Positions 54,726 to 64,000 of a stretch of 64,000 bases of DNA are shown in pieces. Each line of letters starts with the position of its first letter. Position 1 is the stretch's first letter. The notes below the pieces were generated by a model that did no database searches, was not told where the DNA came from, and was given only the letters and a program-made list of their open reading frames with translations. The translations under genes were made by a program, and so were the position numbers. This DNA is from a virus. The stretch lies in IMG/VR virus record IMGVR_UViG_3300020056_002227, positions 1 through 64,000 of that record. One strand, given 5' to 3'.

Positions 54726-55787
54726 ATGAAAATTGCAATTGTAACAGATATTCATATTGGGGCTCGAGGTGACAGTAGAATCTTTGCTGATTTCCAGCGC
54801 AAGTTTTTCTTAGAGGTATTCTTTCCCTACCTTGACGAGCATGGTATCACCACAGTGTTCGATCTTGGTGACACATTCGACCGTCGAAAGTATGTTAATT
54901 ATTTGAGTTTGAAGCGTGGCCGTGAGTTTCTTTTTGATGAAATTGCTAAGAGAAACATCGACTTTCATGCGTTGATTGGGAATCACGATACCTATTATAC
55001 AAACACCAATGATGTCAACTCGATGAAGCTTCTGCTTCAAGAATACCCATCATTCAAACTCTACGAGGATAAGGCAGAGCACCTACAACTCGGTTCGACC
55101 AAATTTTTAATGCTTCCTTGGATCAGTAAAGAGAATGCAGAATACAACCTCGATATGGTTGCAAACTCTGATGCTAATGTAGTGATGGGTCATTTAGAAA
55201 TGAAAGGCTTCGAAATGATGAAGGGTTCGGTGTGTGCTCACGGCCTTGATTTGAAATTATTTAAGAATTTTGAGAATGTCTATTCTGGCCATTTTCACCA
55301 TCCATCTCGTTACCAAAACCTAGAGTATCTTGGTGCACCTTATGAAATGACTTGGTCTGATTATGGTGGCTCGAGAGGATTCCATGTATTCGATACTGAG
55401 ACTCGTGAGATGATCAAGGTTGAGAACCCGAATCGAATGTTCCATAAAATTGATTATGACGACGAAGATATGACCATTGAAGAGATTGCATCGCTTGATA
55501 CCTCAATGCTCAAAGATACATATATCAAGGTCATTATTAAGAATCGAACAAACGCTTACCTCTATGACCTTTTCATGAGCAAATTAAATGATGAAGGTGC
55601 GGCCGACGTAAAGGCCATAGACGATGCGCTCAATCTTGAGTCTTCTGGTGTCGAAGAAATACTTGACGAGACCAAAGACACGAAAGAAATTCTACACAAT
55701 TATATTGATTCACTTGAAACGTCAATCGATAAAGGCAAAATCAAATCGATGGTTGACGATCTTTATGTAGAGGCACTTAGCTTATAA
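54726..55787 (+). CDS. Recombination endonuclease subunit (gp47, Mre11-like)
   Basis: DIH.GAR, GD.FDRR, GNHD, GHFH. Confidence 0.95.
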   Translation: MKIAIVTDIHIGARGDSRIFADFQRKFFLEVFFPYLDEHGITTVFDLGDTFDRRKYVNYLSLKRGREFLFDEIAKRNIDFHALIGNHDTYYTNTNDVNSMKLLLQEYPSFKLYEDKAEHLQLGSTKFLMLPWISKENAEYNLDMVANSDANVVMGHLEMKGFEMMKGSVCAHGLDLKLFKNFENVYSGHFHHPSRYQNLEYLGAPYEMTWSDYGGSRGFHVFDTETREMIKVENPNRMFHKIDYDDEDMTIEEIASLDTSMLKDTYIKVIIKNRTNAYLYDLFMSKLNDEGAADVKAIDDALNLESSGVEEILDETKDTKEILHNYIDSLETSIDKGKIKSMVDDLYVEALSL

Positions 55788-55788
55788 T

Positions 55789-57501
55789 ATGAGAATAAAT
55801 TTTAAACGTGTGAGATATAAAAATATCTTATCGACGGGGAATACGTTCACTACAATTGAAATGGATGAGAGTCCCACCACTCTTATCAGTGGTACCAACG
55901 GTAGTGGTAAATCAACATTACTTGATGCAATTGTGTTTGGGCTCTATGGCAAACCATTTCGGAAAATCAATAAACCACAGCTAGTAAATTCAATCAACCA
56001 AAAGGGAATGGTGGTAGAGATTGAATTCACGGTCAGTGGTCATGAGTATTTCATACGCAGAGGAATCAAACCTGCTGTATTTGAGATAATGAAGAACGGT
56101 GAATTGATTGACCAAGATGCAGCCAAACGAGACTACCAGACGTATCTTGAGCAGAACATACTCGGCATCAATTATAAATCTTTCAACCAAATTGTTGTTT
56201 TGGGTAGTGCAACTTATGTACCCTTTATGGAATTGCCTGCTCAAGCCCGCAGAGAAATCATCGAAGATCTACTCGATATTCAGGTGTTCAGTACCATGGG
56301 TATTTTGGCAAAAGAAAGACTCAGCAACAATAAAGATGCTATCAACGAAAACTCTTATCAGGTTGAAATCGTAGAATCCAATATTGCTCTCACCGAAGAC
56401 AATAACGATAAGATCCGTAAGATCCGAGAGACTGAGGTCGAAAAGATCCGTGATAAGATGACTACACATATCAATTCTATCGAAGAAAAGAATGAGTTGA
56501 TTTGTAAGATCAATGATGATATGCAAGAGCTATATGCCACAATCGATGACAAGGTAACTGTAAAAGAAAAATTTACAGAGGCTGGTCGATTGAAACAAGA
56601 CCTCGAGACAAAAAATAAGGCAATCGAAAAGGAATTGAGGTTCTATCACGACAACGATAACTGTCCAACCTGTAAACAGGGAATTGACCATGATTTTAAG
56701 AATAATGTTGTGGAAGAAAAATCAAAGCGGAATTTGGAAATCGAATCTGGCCTACACGATATTGCAGAACAGATCAAAAGGTATCAAGAAAGGCTTGATG
56801 AAATTAGTAAGGTGCAAGACCAAATCCAAGAAAAGAGTTTCGAAACCTCAGAAATTAAGGCCGAAATCAAGTCTTCTAAGAGTGCGCTCAATGCTTTCCG
56901 TGAAGAACTACTCGCCGCAGAGAAAGAGGTTGAAGACGTCGATACATCGACCCTCAAAGGACTACAGGAAAGGTTATCGACGTATCAATCTGAAAGGAAA
57001 GAACTCTTAGATGAGCAGACTACTCTGAATGTGGTATCTACCATTCTGAAAGACGGTGGCATTAAGAGTAGAATCATCGCACAATATATTCCAGTAATGA
57101 ATAAGCTGATCAACAAATACCTCGCCGCATTTGATCTGTTCGTTGATTTCCAGCTGGATGAAAATTTCAATGAGGTAATCAAATCTAGGTTCCGTGACAC
57201 ATTCTCGTATGCTTCATTCTCCGAAGGGGAGAAGCTGAGAATTACCTTATCTATTATGCTTGCCTGGAGATCGGTTGCAAAACTGAGAAACTCAGTATCG
57301 ACCAATCTGCTAATTCTTGACGAGACACTTGATGGTGCACTTGATGGAGTTGGTATTGAGAACCTCATTGAGACTTTACACGGCCTGAACTCTGATGACA
57401 ACATTTTCGTTATCAGCCACAGAGGTGATCAATTCGCAGAGAAGTTTGCCTCTCATGTTAAATTTAAGAAGATAAAGAACTTTAGTGAGGTTGCAGCATG
57501 A
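55789..57501 (+). CDS. Recombination ATPase subunit (gp46, Rad50-like)
   Basis: GTNGSGKS, CPTC hook, FSEGE, LILDE, ISH. Confidence 0.95.
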   Translation: MRINFKRVRYKNILSTGNTFTTIEMDESPTTLISGTNGSGKSTLLDAIVFGLYGKPFRKINKPQLVNSINQKGMVVEIEFTVSGHEYFIRRGIKPAVFEIMKNGELIDQDAAKRDYQTYLEQNILGINYKSFNQIVVLGSATYVPFMELPAQARREIIEDLLDIQVFSTMGILAKERLSNNKDAINENSYQVEIVESNIALTEDNNDKIRKIRETEVEKIRDKMTTHINSIEEKNELICKINDDMQELYATIDDKVTVKEKFTEAGRLKQDLETKNKAIEKELRFYHDNDNCPTCKQGIDHDFKNNVVEEKSKRNLEIESGLHDIAEQIKRYQERLDEISKVQDQIQEKSFETSEIKAEIKSSKSALNAFREELLAAEKEVEDVDTSTLKGLQERLSTYQSERKELLDEQTTLNVVSTILKDGGIKSRIIAQYIPVMNKLINKYLAAFDLFVDFQLDENFNEVIKSRFRDTFSYASFSEGEKLRITLSIMLAWRSVAKLRNSVSTNLLILDETLDGALDGVGIENLIETLHGLNSDDNIFVISHRGDQFAEKFASHVKFKKIKNFSEVAA

Positions 57502-58250
57502 AAGGAATTAAAACCCTAAAAACCAAGGGCATGAGTTTCGAAGGATTGGGTGATGATCTGGTAGAACTTCATACTCTCTACATGGAATTCTTCCATAAAA
57601 TGATGTATGATTGGTACTACGAGGTGCAACCGGATGATATTGTGGTTGACATTGGATCGTGTATAGGAATGTTTACGTGTCATGCATTAGACAAAGGTGC
57701 AAAAGAGGTTTATGCAATTGAACCGAACAGAGCACTGCTACGGACTACCCTCTATAATTCTTTCATGCACATATGTAATAATGCCAAATCGCCAGTAATC
57801 CCGATTAACGCATTTGTAGGTACATCAAATGAAAATGGATTTGGTGAATTTGACCCAAACGATGTACCCATGCTAGACTTTAAAGATTTCCTTAAATGGT
57901 ATTATATCGAAAAAATTGATTTTTTGAAAATCGACTGTGAAGGCGGAGAGTACGATATTCTCACCAAAGAAAATCTTCCTTGGATCCAAGAGAACGTAAA
58001 GCATATTGCAGTAGAGGTTCACATGATAAATGAAGAGTCTCGTGAAAAAATCAAGCGGTTCCGTGATGAATTCCTCGTTGGTTTTGAACCTTGGAAAATA
58101 AGGTTCTCGGGAAATGGTATGGCACATAAACTGACAGATAATTTTATTGACAATTATAAGATTGGTGATTGGGGTGGATGCTTCATGGTCTACATCTGTA
58201 ATGAATCTGCGCCACAACTCAAAGACCGACCAGTGGATTTTAAATATTGA
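57498..58250 (+). CDS. FkbM-family methyltransferase
   Basis: VVDIGSCIGMF, YAIEPN, FLKIDCEGGEY; paralogue of 15550-16293. Confidence 0.9.
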   Translation: MKGIKTLKTKGMSFEGLGDDLVELHTLYMEFFHKMMYDWYYEVQPDDIVVDIGSCIGMFTCHALDKGAKEVYAIEPNRALLRTTLYNSFMHICNNAKSPVIPINAFVGTSNENGFGEFDPNDVPMLDFKDFLKWYYIEKIDFLKIDCEGGEYDILTKENLPWIQENVKHIAVEVHMINEESREKIKRFRDEFLVGFEPWKIRFSGNGMAHKLTDNFIDNYKIGDWGGCFMVYICNESAPQLKDRPVDFKY

Positions 58251-58275
58251 CATTTTGGTCTGCTTGTGATAGAAT
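58247..58275 (+). promoter_or_regulatory. sigma70-type promoter for DNA polymerase
   Basis: TTGACA-N17-TAGAAT with extended TG. Confidence 0.8.
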
Positions 58276-58303
58276 ATCACAGTTCATTCAATAAAGGTAT
58301 ATC

Positions 58304-60844
58304 ATGACTTCTTTCTATACATCCGTTGAAAGATTTGGCAACAACATCTTATGGCGCGGATATGAAAATGGCAAGCGCTTTTCGTACCGTGTTCCATTTC
58401 GACCAACTCTCTATCTACACACACCTAAGAAGGGTGGTGATTACAGGTCTCTCGTCGGCAACAAACCTCTGAATCCACACAAGTTTGGAGACATGCGAGA
58501 GGCTAAAGAATTTATCGAAACGTACAAAGATGTTGGTAATATGCAAATCTATGGCACTACCAACTATACTGCTCAATTCATTCAAGAAAACTATCCAGGC
58601 TCAATTGAGTTCGATATTAACCAGATCAATGTTGCATCATTCGATATTGAGGTTGATATTCGTGATGGCTATGCTGATATCGAACAAGCCGATAAAGAGG
58701 TAACATCGATCGCATATCACAGTTCTAGGAGTTCGAAATATACACTCCTTGCTGTAAAAGACTTTGACAAATATGCAACGATTACTGGTATCGATCCAGA
58801 TGATATCGACTTCATCAAATTCGATAACGAACTTCAATTGCTTCGACACTTCGTAGAACTCTGGTCATCTGATTACCCAGATGTTGTCACTGGCTGGAAC
58901 GTGGAATACTTTGATATCCAGTACGTTGTGACCAGAATCATTCGACTGTGTGGTGAAGATTTTGCCAAAAGACTCTCACCTTGGAAACACATTCAAAAGA
59001 AATCACACGAGGTGTTCAACAAAGTTCAATCGACGTATAAGATCTCTGGCATGACTGTCATTGATTACATGGACGCGTTCAAGAAATTCGGTTACAAATA
59101 TGGTACCCAAGAATCTTATAAACTCGACCACATTGCCTATACGGTACTCGGCAAGAAGAAACTTGACTATTCTGAATACGGTAACCTCACGGCTCTCTAC
59201 GATGAGAACCCTCAGCTGTATCTTGACTACAATCTTCGTGATACCCAATTGATCTCTGCTCTTGAAGAAGAAACCAGTCTTCTGGCTTTGGTTATGACCG
59301 TTGCATATGGTGGTGGGGTAGATTATAAAGACGCATTTGGTACCGTGGGTATCTGGGAGACAACGATCTATCGCAGATTGATGTCTGACAAAATCGTGCC
59401 ACCTCTCAAGGGTGGCCCTGGTGATCACTTAGATGGTCTCGTCGGTGGTTATGTAAAAGACCCAGTGCCTGGCATGCACCCATGGGTCGTATCGTTCGAT
59501 TTGAACTCTCTGTATCCACACCTTATGTTACAGTATAATATGTCACCTGAGACATGGGTCAGCGACAGGCGGGAATATGTGACACAAGAAATGGTTCTGA
59601 ATGGAGAATTCCAAAATGATGACCCGTCTGTGTCTGTCTGTGCTAATGGAGTGTGTTTCAGTAATGAAACGGTTGGCATGATCCCCGGTATCATTGATGA
59701 ATACTATAATCGTCGATCTCTGGTCAAGAAACAGATGCTTGCGGTAGAACAGCAACTCGAGGTGGAGACCGATGAGAGAGAAAGAAAGAAACTCAAACGA
59801 GAGGTGAATCAACTCCACAACTCACAAATGTCGATTAAGATTGCCATGAACAGCCTTTATGGTGCTACTGCTAACAGATACTTTCTATACTATATTTCTG
59901 AAATGGCAGAGGCAATCACCACATCTGGTCAGTTGTCTATTCGATATGCTCAGAAATCAGTCAACCAATACATGAATAAGATTCTGGGTACCGAAGACAA
60001 GGACTACATTATCTACATCGACACTGATTCGATCTATGTGAACTTTGCTGATCTGATTCAAGAGGTCTATGGTACCACCGATATCGACCGAAAACAAGGT
60101 GAGGAATTCCTTGATAAGGTGTGCTCCACCAAAATCGAACAGGTGATCGAGCAAGGATACGAGGAACTCAGATCAAAGATGACCGGATATCGTAACGCAA
60201 TGGTGATGAAACGAGAAAAGATTTCAGACCGTGCAATCTTCGTTGCTAAGAAACGGTACATTCTCAATGTGCTCAACTCTGAAGGTGTTCATTACGAGAA
60301 GCCAAAAATCAGTGTGACTGGTCTTGAATCGGTTCGATCTTCTACTCCAGAAATCTGTCGAGAGAAAATGAAACAGACGTTTGATGTGATTATGAATGGT
60401 ACCGAATCTGATACTCAGAAATTCATCAAAGACTTCAAAGATGAATTCCAATCGGCACCCATCGAAGATATTGCAAAGACTTCTGGTACTGACGATATCG
60501 AAAAATACAAAGACCGTACCACCCTATTCCGTAAGGGTACCCCGATTCACGTTCGTGGCTCTATACTATATAATCATCATCTGGCACAGAAAAAACTAAA
60601 TAAGAAGTATGAGTCAATTCAGTCTGGTGATAAGGTAAAACTGATCTATCTCAAGGTCCCCAATCCTATTCAGCAGAATGTGATCAGTTTCCCAGGCGTC
60701 TTGCCGAAGGAAATGGAGTTGACTAAATACATCGACTATGATACTCAATTCGATAAAGTTTTTCTGACACCGATCCAAGGTATCCTAGATGCACTTGGTT
60801 GGTCTGCTGAGAAGATTGATACCCTTGAAGATTTTTTTGGTTGA
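58304..60844 (+). CDS. Family B DNA polymerase (gp43)
   Basis: FDIE, GWNVEYFD, SFDLNSLYP, K..MNSLYG, YIDTDS, KKRY. Confidence 0.97.
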   Translation: MTSFYTSVERFGNNILWRGYENGKRFSYRVPFRPTLYLHTPKKGGDYRSLVGNKPLNPHKFGDMREAKEFIETYKDVGNMQIYGTTNYTAQFIQENYPGSIEFDINQINVASFDIEVDIRDGYADIEQADKEVTSIAYHSSRSSKYTLLAVKDFDKYATITGIDPDDIDFIKFDNELQLLRHFVELWSSDYPDVVTGWNVEYFDIQYVVTRIIRLCGEDFAKRLSPWKHIQKKSHEVFNKVQSTYKISGMTVIDYMDAFKKFGYKYGTQESYKLDHIAYTVLGKKKLDYSEYGNLTALYDENPQLYLDYNLRDTQLISALEEETSLLALVMTVAYGGGVDYKDAFGTVGIWETTIYRRLMSDKIVPPLKGGPGDHLDGLVGGYVKDPVPGMHPWVVSFDLNSLYPHLMLQYNMSPETWVSDRREYVTQEMVLNGEFQNDDPSVSVCANGVCFSNETVGMIPGIIDEYYNRRSLVKKQMLAVEQQLEVETDERERKKLKREVNQLHNSQMSIKIAMNSLYGATANRYFLYYISEMAEAITTSGQLSIRYAQKSVNQYMNKILGTEDKDYIIYIDTDSIYVNFADLIQEVYGTTDIDRKQGEEFLDKVCSTKIEQVIEQGYEELRSKMTGYRNAMVMKREKISDRAIFVAKKRYILNVLNSEGVHYEKPKISVTGLESVRSSTPEICREKMKQTFDVIMNGTESDTQKFIKDFKDEFQSAPIEDIAKTSGTDDIEKYKDRTTLFRKGTPIHVRGSILYNHHLAQKKLNKKYESIQSGDKVKLIYLKVPNPIQQNVISFPGVLPKEMELTKYIDYDTQFDKVFLTPIQGILDALGWSAEKIDTLEDFFG

Positions 60845-60869
60845 CAATCAAAACATTTTGTGTTATAAT
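60841..60869 (+). promoter_or_regulatory. sigma70-type promoter
   Basis: TTGACA-N17-TATAAT. Confidence 0.8.
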
Positions 60870-60894
60870 AGACGAGATATATTAGAGGTACTGC

Positions 60895-61212
60895 ATGAAC
60901 AGTAGTTTAAAAGAATACACCAAAGACACATCGGTCGAGTATGATGACATGCTCGACTATGTCGCAGATGAAAACATCACCGATACACTGTCTGAATTTC
61001 TTGGGGAAGAACAAGAATACAAGCCAACCGTATCACGAGGCAAGGCAGATCCCAATTTTCCAGAATCGTGGCAGACGTTGTATGTGAATTTCGAAACCGA
61101 ACAAGATTATATTGATTTCATGTTGGCAATTGATGAGAAGCCCATGCCCAGATTGAAATCAGTTGTATACAAAGGTGGCCGACAAGATAATGGCATCTTG
61201 GACTTATTTTAG
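60895..61212 (+). CDS. Acidic hypothetical protein heading the modification operon
   Basis: LYVNFETEQDYIDF motif resembles the N-terminal domain of the next gene. Confidence 0.7.
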   Translation: MNSSLKEYTKDTSVEYDDMLDYVADENITDTLSEFLGEEQEYKPTVSRGKADPNFPESWQTLYVNFETEQDYIDFMLAIDEKPMPRLKSVVYKGGRQDNGILDLF

Positions 61213-61220
61213 GAGTTATT

Positions 61221-62447
61221 ATGTATCAACCTGCTCAGACACATGAAGAATTGCAACACGAATGGAAAAATCAGTACATACAATGGTATGCTGCTGGGAT
61301 GCCCTCTTTCCAAGCTCCGAAGAAAGAAATTTTCAAACGGCTACCCATTCACTTCAAGACGCAAGAAGATCGTCAACACTTCAGTGATCGGCTGGGATAC
61401 AATCTAACAAAGAAAACCAATTACGTCTATTACCCAGAAAAGGGCCGTGAAGCAAATCGAATGAACCGTTACGAAGAAGAAGATAACGGTCTGCTTCCTC
61501 GGTACCCGATCTATATTATCAGTAAGGGTCGATGGGATACGCGACACACTGCAAAGTCGCTAGAAGAATTGGGTATCCCTTATTTCATTGCGGTAGAACC
61601 TCAAGAGTATGACAAATACGTAGAGGCAACACCACCGGGTCTTGGAACGGTATTGAAATTGCCGTTTTCTAATCATGGTAAGGGATCTGGGCCTGCACGT
61701 AATTGGTGCTGGGAACATTCACAGGCAAACGGTTTTGAAAGACATTGGTTGATGGACGACAATATCGAGCGCTTCATTCGACTACATAATAACAAACGAT
61801 ATCGTGTTGCTAAGGGTGCGGCTATCTTCCGTGCTACCGAAGATTTTGTAGACCGATATGAAAACATCGCACTTGCTTCTTTTCAATACAAGGCGTTTGT
61901 GGTAGAGGGTTGTCCGTATCAACCGTTCATTCTCAATACACGAATGATGTCCTGTATTTTGATTGACAATAACTGTCCTCACAAGTGGAGAGGCAAATTT
62001 AATGAAGACGTTGATCTCAGTATTCGTGTTCTCAAAGAAGGGCTTTGTACTGTTTTGATGTATGCTTTTGTTCAAGGTAAACTCCGAACCGGTACGGTCA
62101 AGGGTGGAAACACGACTGAGGTGTATGAAGACTATCAGGTAGATGATGAAAACGATCCAGCGTATAATAAATCTAGGATGCTAAAAGAAATGCACCCAGA
62201 TTGTGTTACACTGGCAGAAAGATATGGTAGGGTTCATCATCACGTAGATCTTGATGCAATCAAAAACAAAGATGGGTATCCTGCACGACAAAATGCTTTG
62301 ATATTAAAGAAAGATGTACCCATTATTAATAAGGTAGATAACTACGGAATGAGATTGATGCGCAATTGGGGTACTGATGAACAATACCCAGACCCCAGTT
62401 TTGAGATCGATGAATTCCCTGCTGGGAGGCCTTCAGTTCATGGCTAA
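61221..62447 (+). CDS. TAGT/GREB1-like GT-A glycosyltransferase (probable DNA base glycosylation)
   Basis: YPIYIISKGR, AVEPQE, ARN, WLMDDNI, WRG..NED.DLS, GGN. Confidence 0.75.
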   Translation: MYQPAQTHEELQHEWKNQYIQWYAAGMPSFQAPKKEIFKRLPIHFKTQEDRQHFSDRLGYNLTKKTNYVYYPEKGREANRMNRYEEEDNGLLPRYPIYIISKGRWDTRHTAKSLEELGIPYFIAVEPQEYDKYVEATPPGLGTVLKLPFSNHGKGSGPARNWCWEHSQANGFERHWLMDDNIERFIRLHNNKRYRVAKGAAIFRATEDFVDRYENIALASFQYKAFVVEGCPYQPFILNTRMMSCILIDNNCPHKWRGKFNEDVDLSIRVLKEGLCTVLMYAFVQGKLRTGTVKGGNTTEVYEDYQVDDENDPAYNKSRMLKEMHPDCVTLAERYGRVHHHVDLDAIKNKDGYPARQNALILKKDVPIINKVDNYGMRLMRNWGTDEQYPDPSFEIDEFPAGRPSVHG

Positions 62448-63285
62448 AATATTAATTACTGGTGGTGCTGGCTTTGTCGGTTCACATCTTGCAGAAAGAC
62501 TGGTCGCAGATGGCCATGAAGTTATCTCTTATGATAACTACTTTACCGGATCGAAAGATAATCATGTTGACGGTGTTACCTATATTGAAGGTTGTACGAC
62601 ACTACTGACACCGAATCATTTCTTTGATCTGGATCTTGTATATCATCTGGGTGAATACTCTCGTGTAGAGCAATCATTCGAAGATATTGAACGTGTACAC
62701 AAATACAATATCGAAGGTACCACTCGGGTCTTAGAATGTGTTCGTGAATGGGGCTGTAAGATTATTTACTCTGGTTCTTCCACTAAATTTGCTGACCGTA
62801 ATGACAAAGATTATGTGATGAGCCCCTATGCCTGGTCTAAGGCAAAGAATACCGAATTGGTTAAGATGTATGCTGAATGGTTCGGTATCGATTATGCTAT
62901 CACCTATTTTTATAATGTATATGGCCCGAGAGAAATCGCAGACGGCAAGTATGCTACATTAATTGCTAAATACTCTAAATTGATGGAACTTTCTGGTGTA
63001 TTACCGGTTGTATCACCTGGTACTCAACAAAGAAACTTCACACACATCGACGATATTGTAGATGCTCTGGTTCTGATTGGAGAAAATGGTCATGGTGATG
63101 AATATGGTATCGGTCACCCAGAGAGATTTACTGTATTAGATGTTGCAGAAATGTTCGGTGGTGAGATTGATATGTTGCCTCCCCGGCCAGGAAATCGAAT
63201 GGCAGCAGATGTAATCACCGATAATACACGAGCACTTGGCTGGGAACCAAAAAGAAATCTAGTAGATTATATTACTAATATGTAA
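62440..63285 (+). CDS. NAD-dependent nucleotide-sugar epimerase/dehydratase
   Basis: ITGGAGFVGSHL, SPYAWSK (YxxxK), YNVYGP, RNFTHIDD. Confidence 0.92.
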   Translation: MAKILITGGAGFVGSHLAERLVADGHEVISYDNYFTGSKDNHVDGVTYIEGCTTLLTPNHFFDLDLVYHLGEYSRVEQSFEDIERVHKYNIEGTTRVLECVREWGCKIIYSGSSTKFADRNDKDYVMSPYAWSKAKNTELVKMYAEWFGIDYAITYFYNVYGPREIADGKYATLIAKYSKLMELSGVLPVVSPGTQQRNFTHIDDIVDALVLIGENGHGDEYGIGHPERFTVLDVAEMFGGEIDMLPPRPGNRMAADVITDNTRALGWEPKRNLVDYITNM

Positions 63286-63300
63286 TCAAGGACTAATATT

Positions 63301-64000
63301 ATGATTCAAGTTGAAAACTACATTGAGACCAAACCGTCTTTATTTGCCTTTGTAGAAGATGTTGAACCAGAATCGACGTTCAATGTTGCCGATCTGGTGA
63401 GAGATTTGATTGCTGATTATTCGAATCAAACTGTTCAAAAATATACCGTCTATATTCCATCAAAGGGCAGGTCAGATCAACACACCACTTATGATATCTG
63501 CAAGGAAGAAAATATTCCTTGTAAGGTTGTAGTGGAACCTCAAGATTTTGAGCAATATGCACAGAATATTGAAACAGACGATATTTTGGTTTTAGATAAA
63601 AATGACCAGGGTGTTCAATATGCCCGTACATGGATTAAAAGATATTCGATTCAAGCCAATGAAGAGTATCACTGGCAATTCGATGACGATATGAGATCAT
63701 TTACCATGAGGGTTGATAATAAGAACAAGAAGGTAAGTGTAAGACACGCAATCTCAATCATCGAACAAGTGGCAACCCTTTTCGAAAACTTTGCGGTTGG
63801 TGGTATGACCTCAAGTGCATTTGCTTTTTCTAAGCCAGCACCTGTAAAGACCAATCAACTGGGATACGGTTGTACCTTTATCAATAATGGCTTTGACCAA
63901 GAATGGAGAGATAAGACTGTAGAGGATTGGGATTATACCTTACGTGCATTAGAAGCCGGAATGTGTACCCTGTCATTTTCTCATATCAATTTTCAAACTC
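63301..64000 (+). CDS. Second TAGT/GREB1-like glycosyltransferase (partial, runs off window end)
   Basis: Hand translation: MIQVENY...YTVYIPSKGR...VVVEPQD...YART..HWQFDDD...EDWDY. Confidence 0.75.
   Translation, partial: MIQVENYIETKPSLFAFVEDVEPESTFNVADLVRDLIADYSNQTVQKYTVYIPSKGRSDQHTTYDICKEENIPCKVVVEPQDFEQYAQNIETDDILVLDKNDQGVQYARTWIKRYSIQANEEYHWQFDDDMRSFTMRVDNKNKKVSVRHAISIIEQVATLFENFAVGGMTSSAFAFSKPAPVKTNQLGYGCTFINNGFDQEWRDKTVEDWDYTLRALEAGMCTLSFSHINFQT

Noticed and set aside
9624-60844. Introns, inteins or a ribosomal hop in nrdA/B, thyX, gp41, topoisomerase or gp43
   Set aside because: All are continuous and of normal length; gp39+60 is a single ORF
1-64000. Stop-codon reassignment
   Set aside because: Core genes are full length in the standard code, all three stop codons are used, and there is no suppressor tRNA

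Overview
This 64-kb window comes from a large AT-rich T4-like (Straboviridae/Kyanoviridae-type) myovirus, probably aquatic and infecting a Gram-negative heterotroph. Evidence for the host: spanin pair, near-consensus sigma70 promoters, an IHF box, and no photosynthesis genes in this window. T4 core genes: ligase, nrdA/nrdB, thyX, gp61, gp41, uvsX/Y/W, gp32, gp59, gp33, gp55, gp39+60/gp52, gp46/47, gp43, gp3, lysozyme. There are five tRNAs (Tyr-GUA, Thr-UGU, Ile-UAU, Pro-UGG, Arg-UCU) and TATAAATA late promoters. The outstanding content is an auxiliary heme/respiration set: glyA, Shemin-pathway ALA synthase coupled to a YbaN-like membrane protein, an exported c-type cytochrome, an alternative oxidase wedged between nrdA and a Grx-NrdB fusion, and a late-promoter heme oxygenase/bilin reductase operon with a structured leader followed by secreted Cys-containing proteins. 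Other features: candidate capsid-packaged enzymes (kinase, HIGH nucleotidyltransferase, ligase-motif protein, nuclease); glycosyl-, sulfo- and methyltransferase clusters; a probable DNA-glycosylation operon after the polymerase; two candidate structured ncRNAs beside tRNA-Tyr. Family names come from motif recognition by eye; no database searches were run. Several start codons were moved downstream of the ORF-track start, and small ORFs missing from the track were translated by hand.
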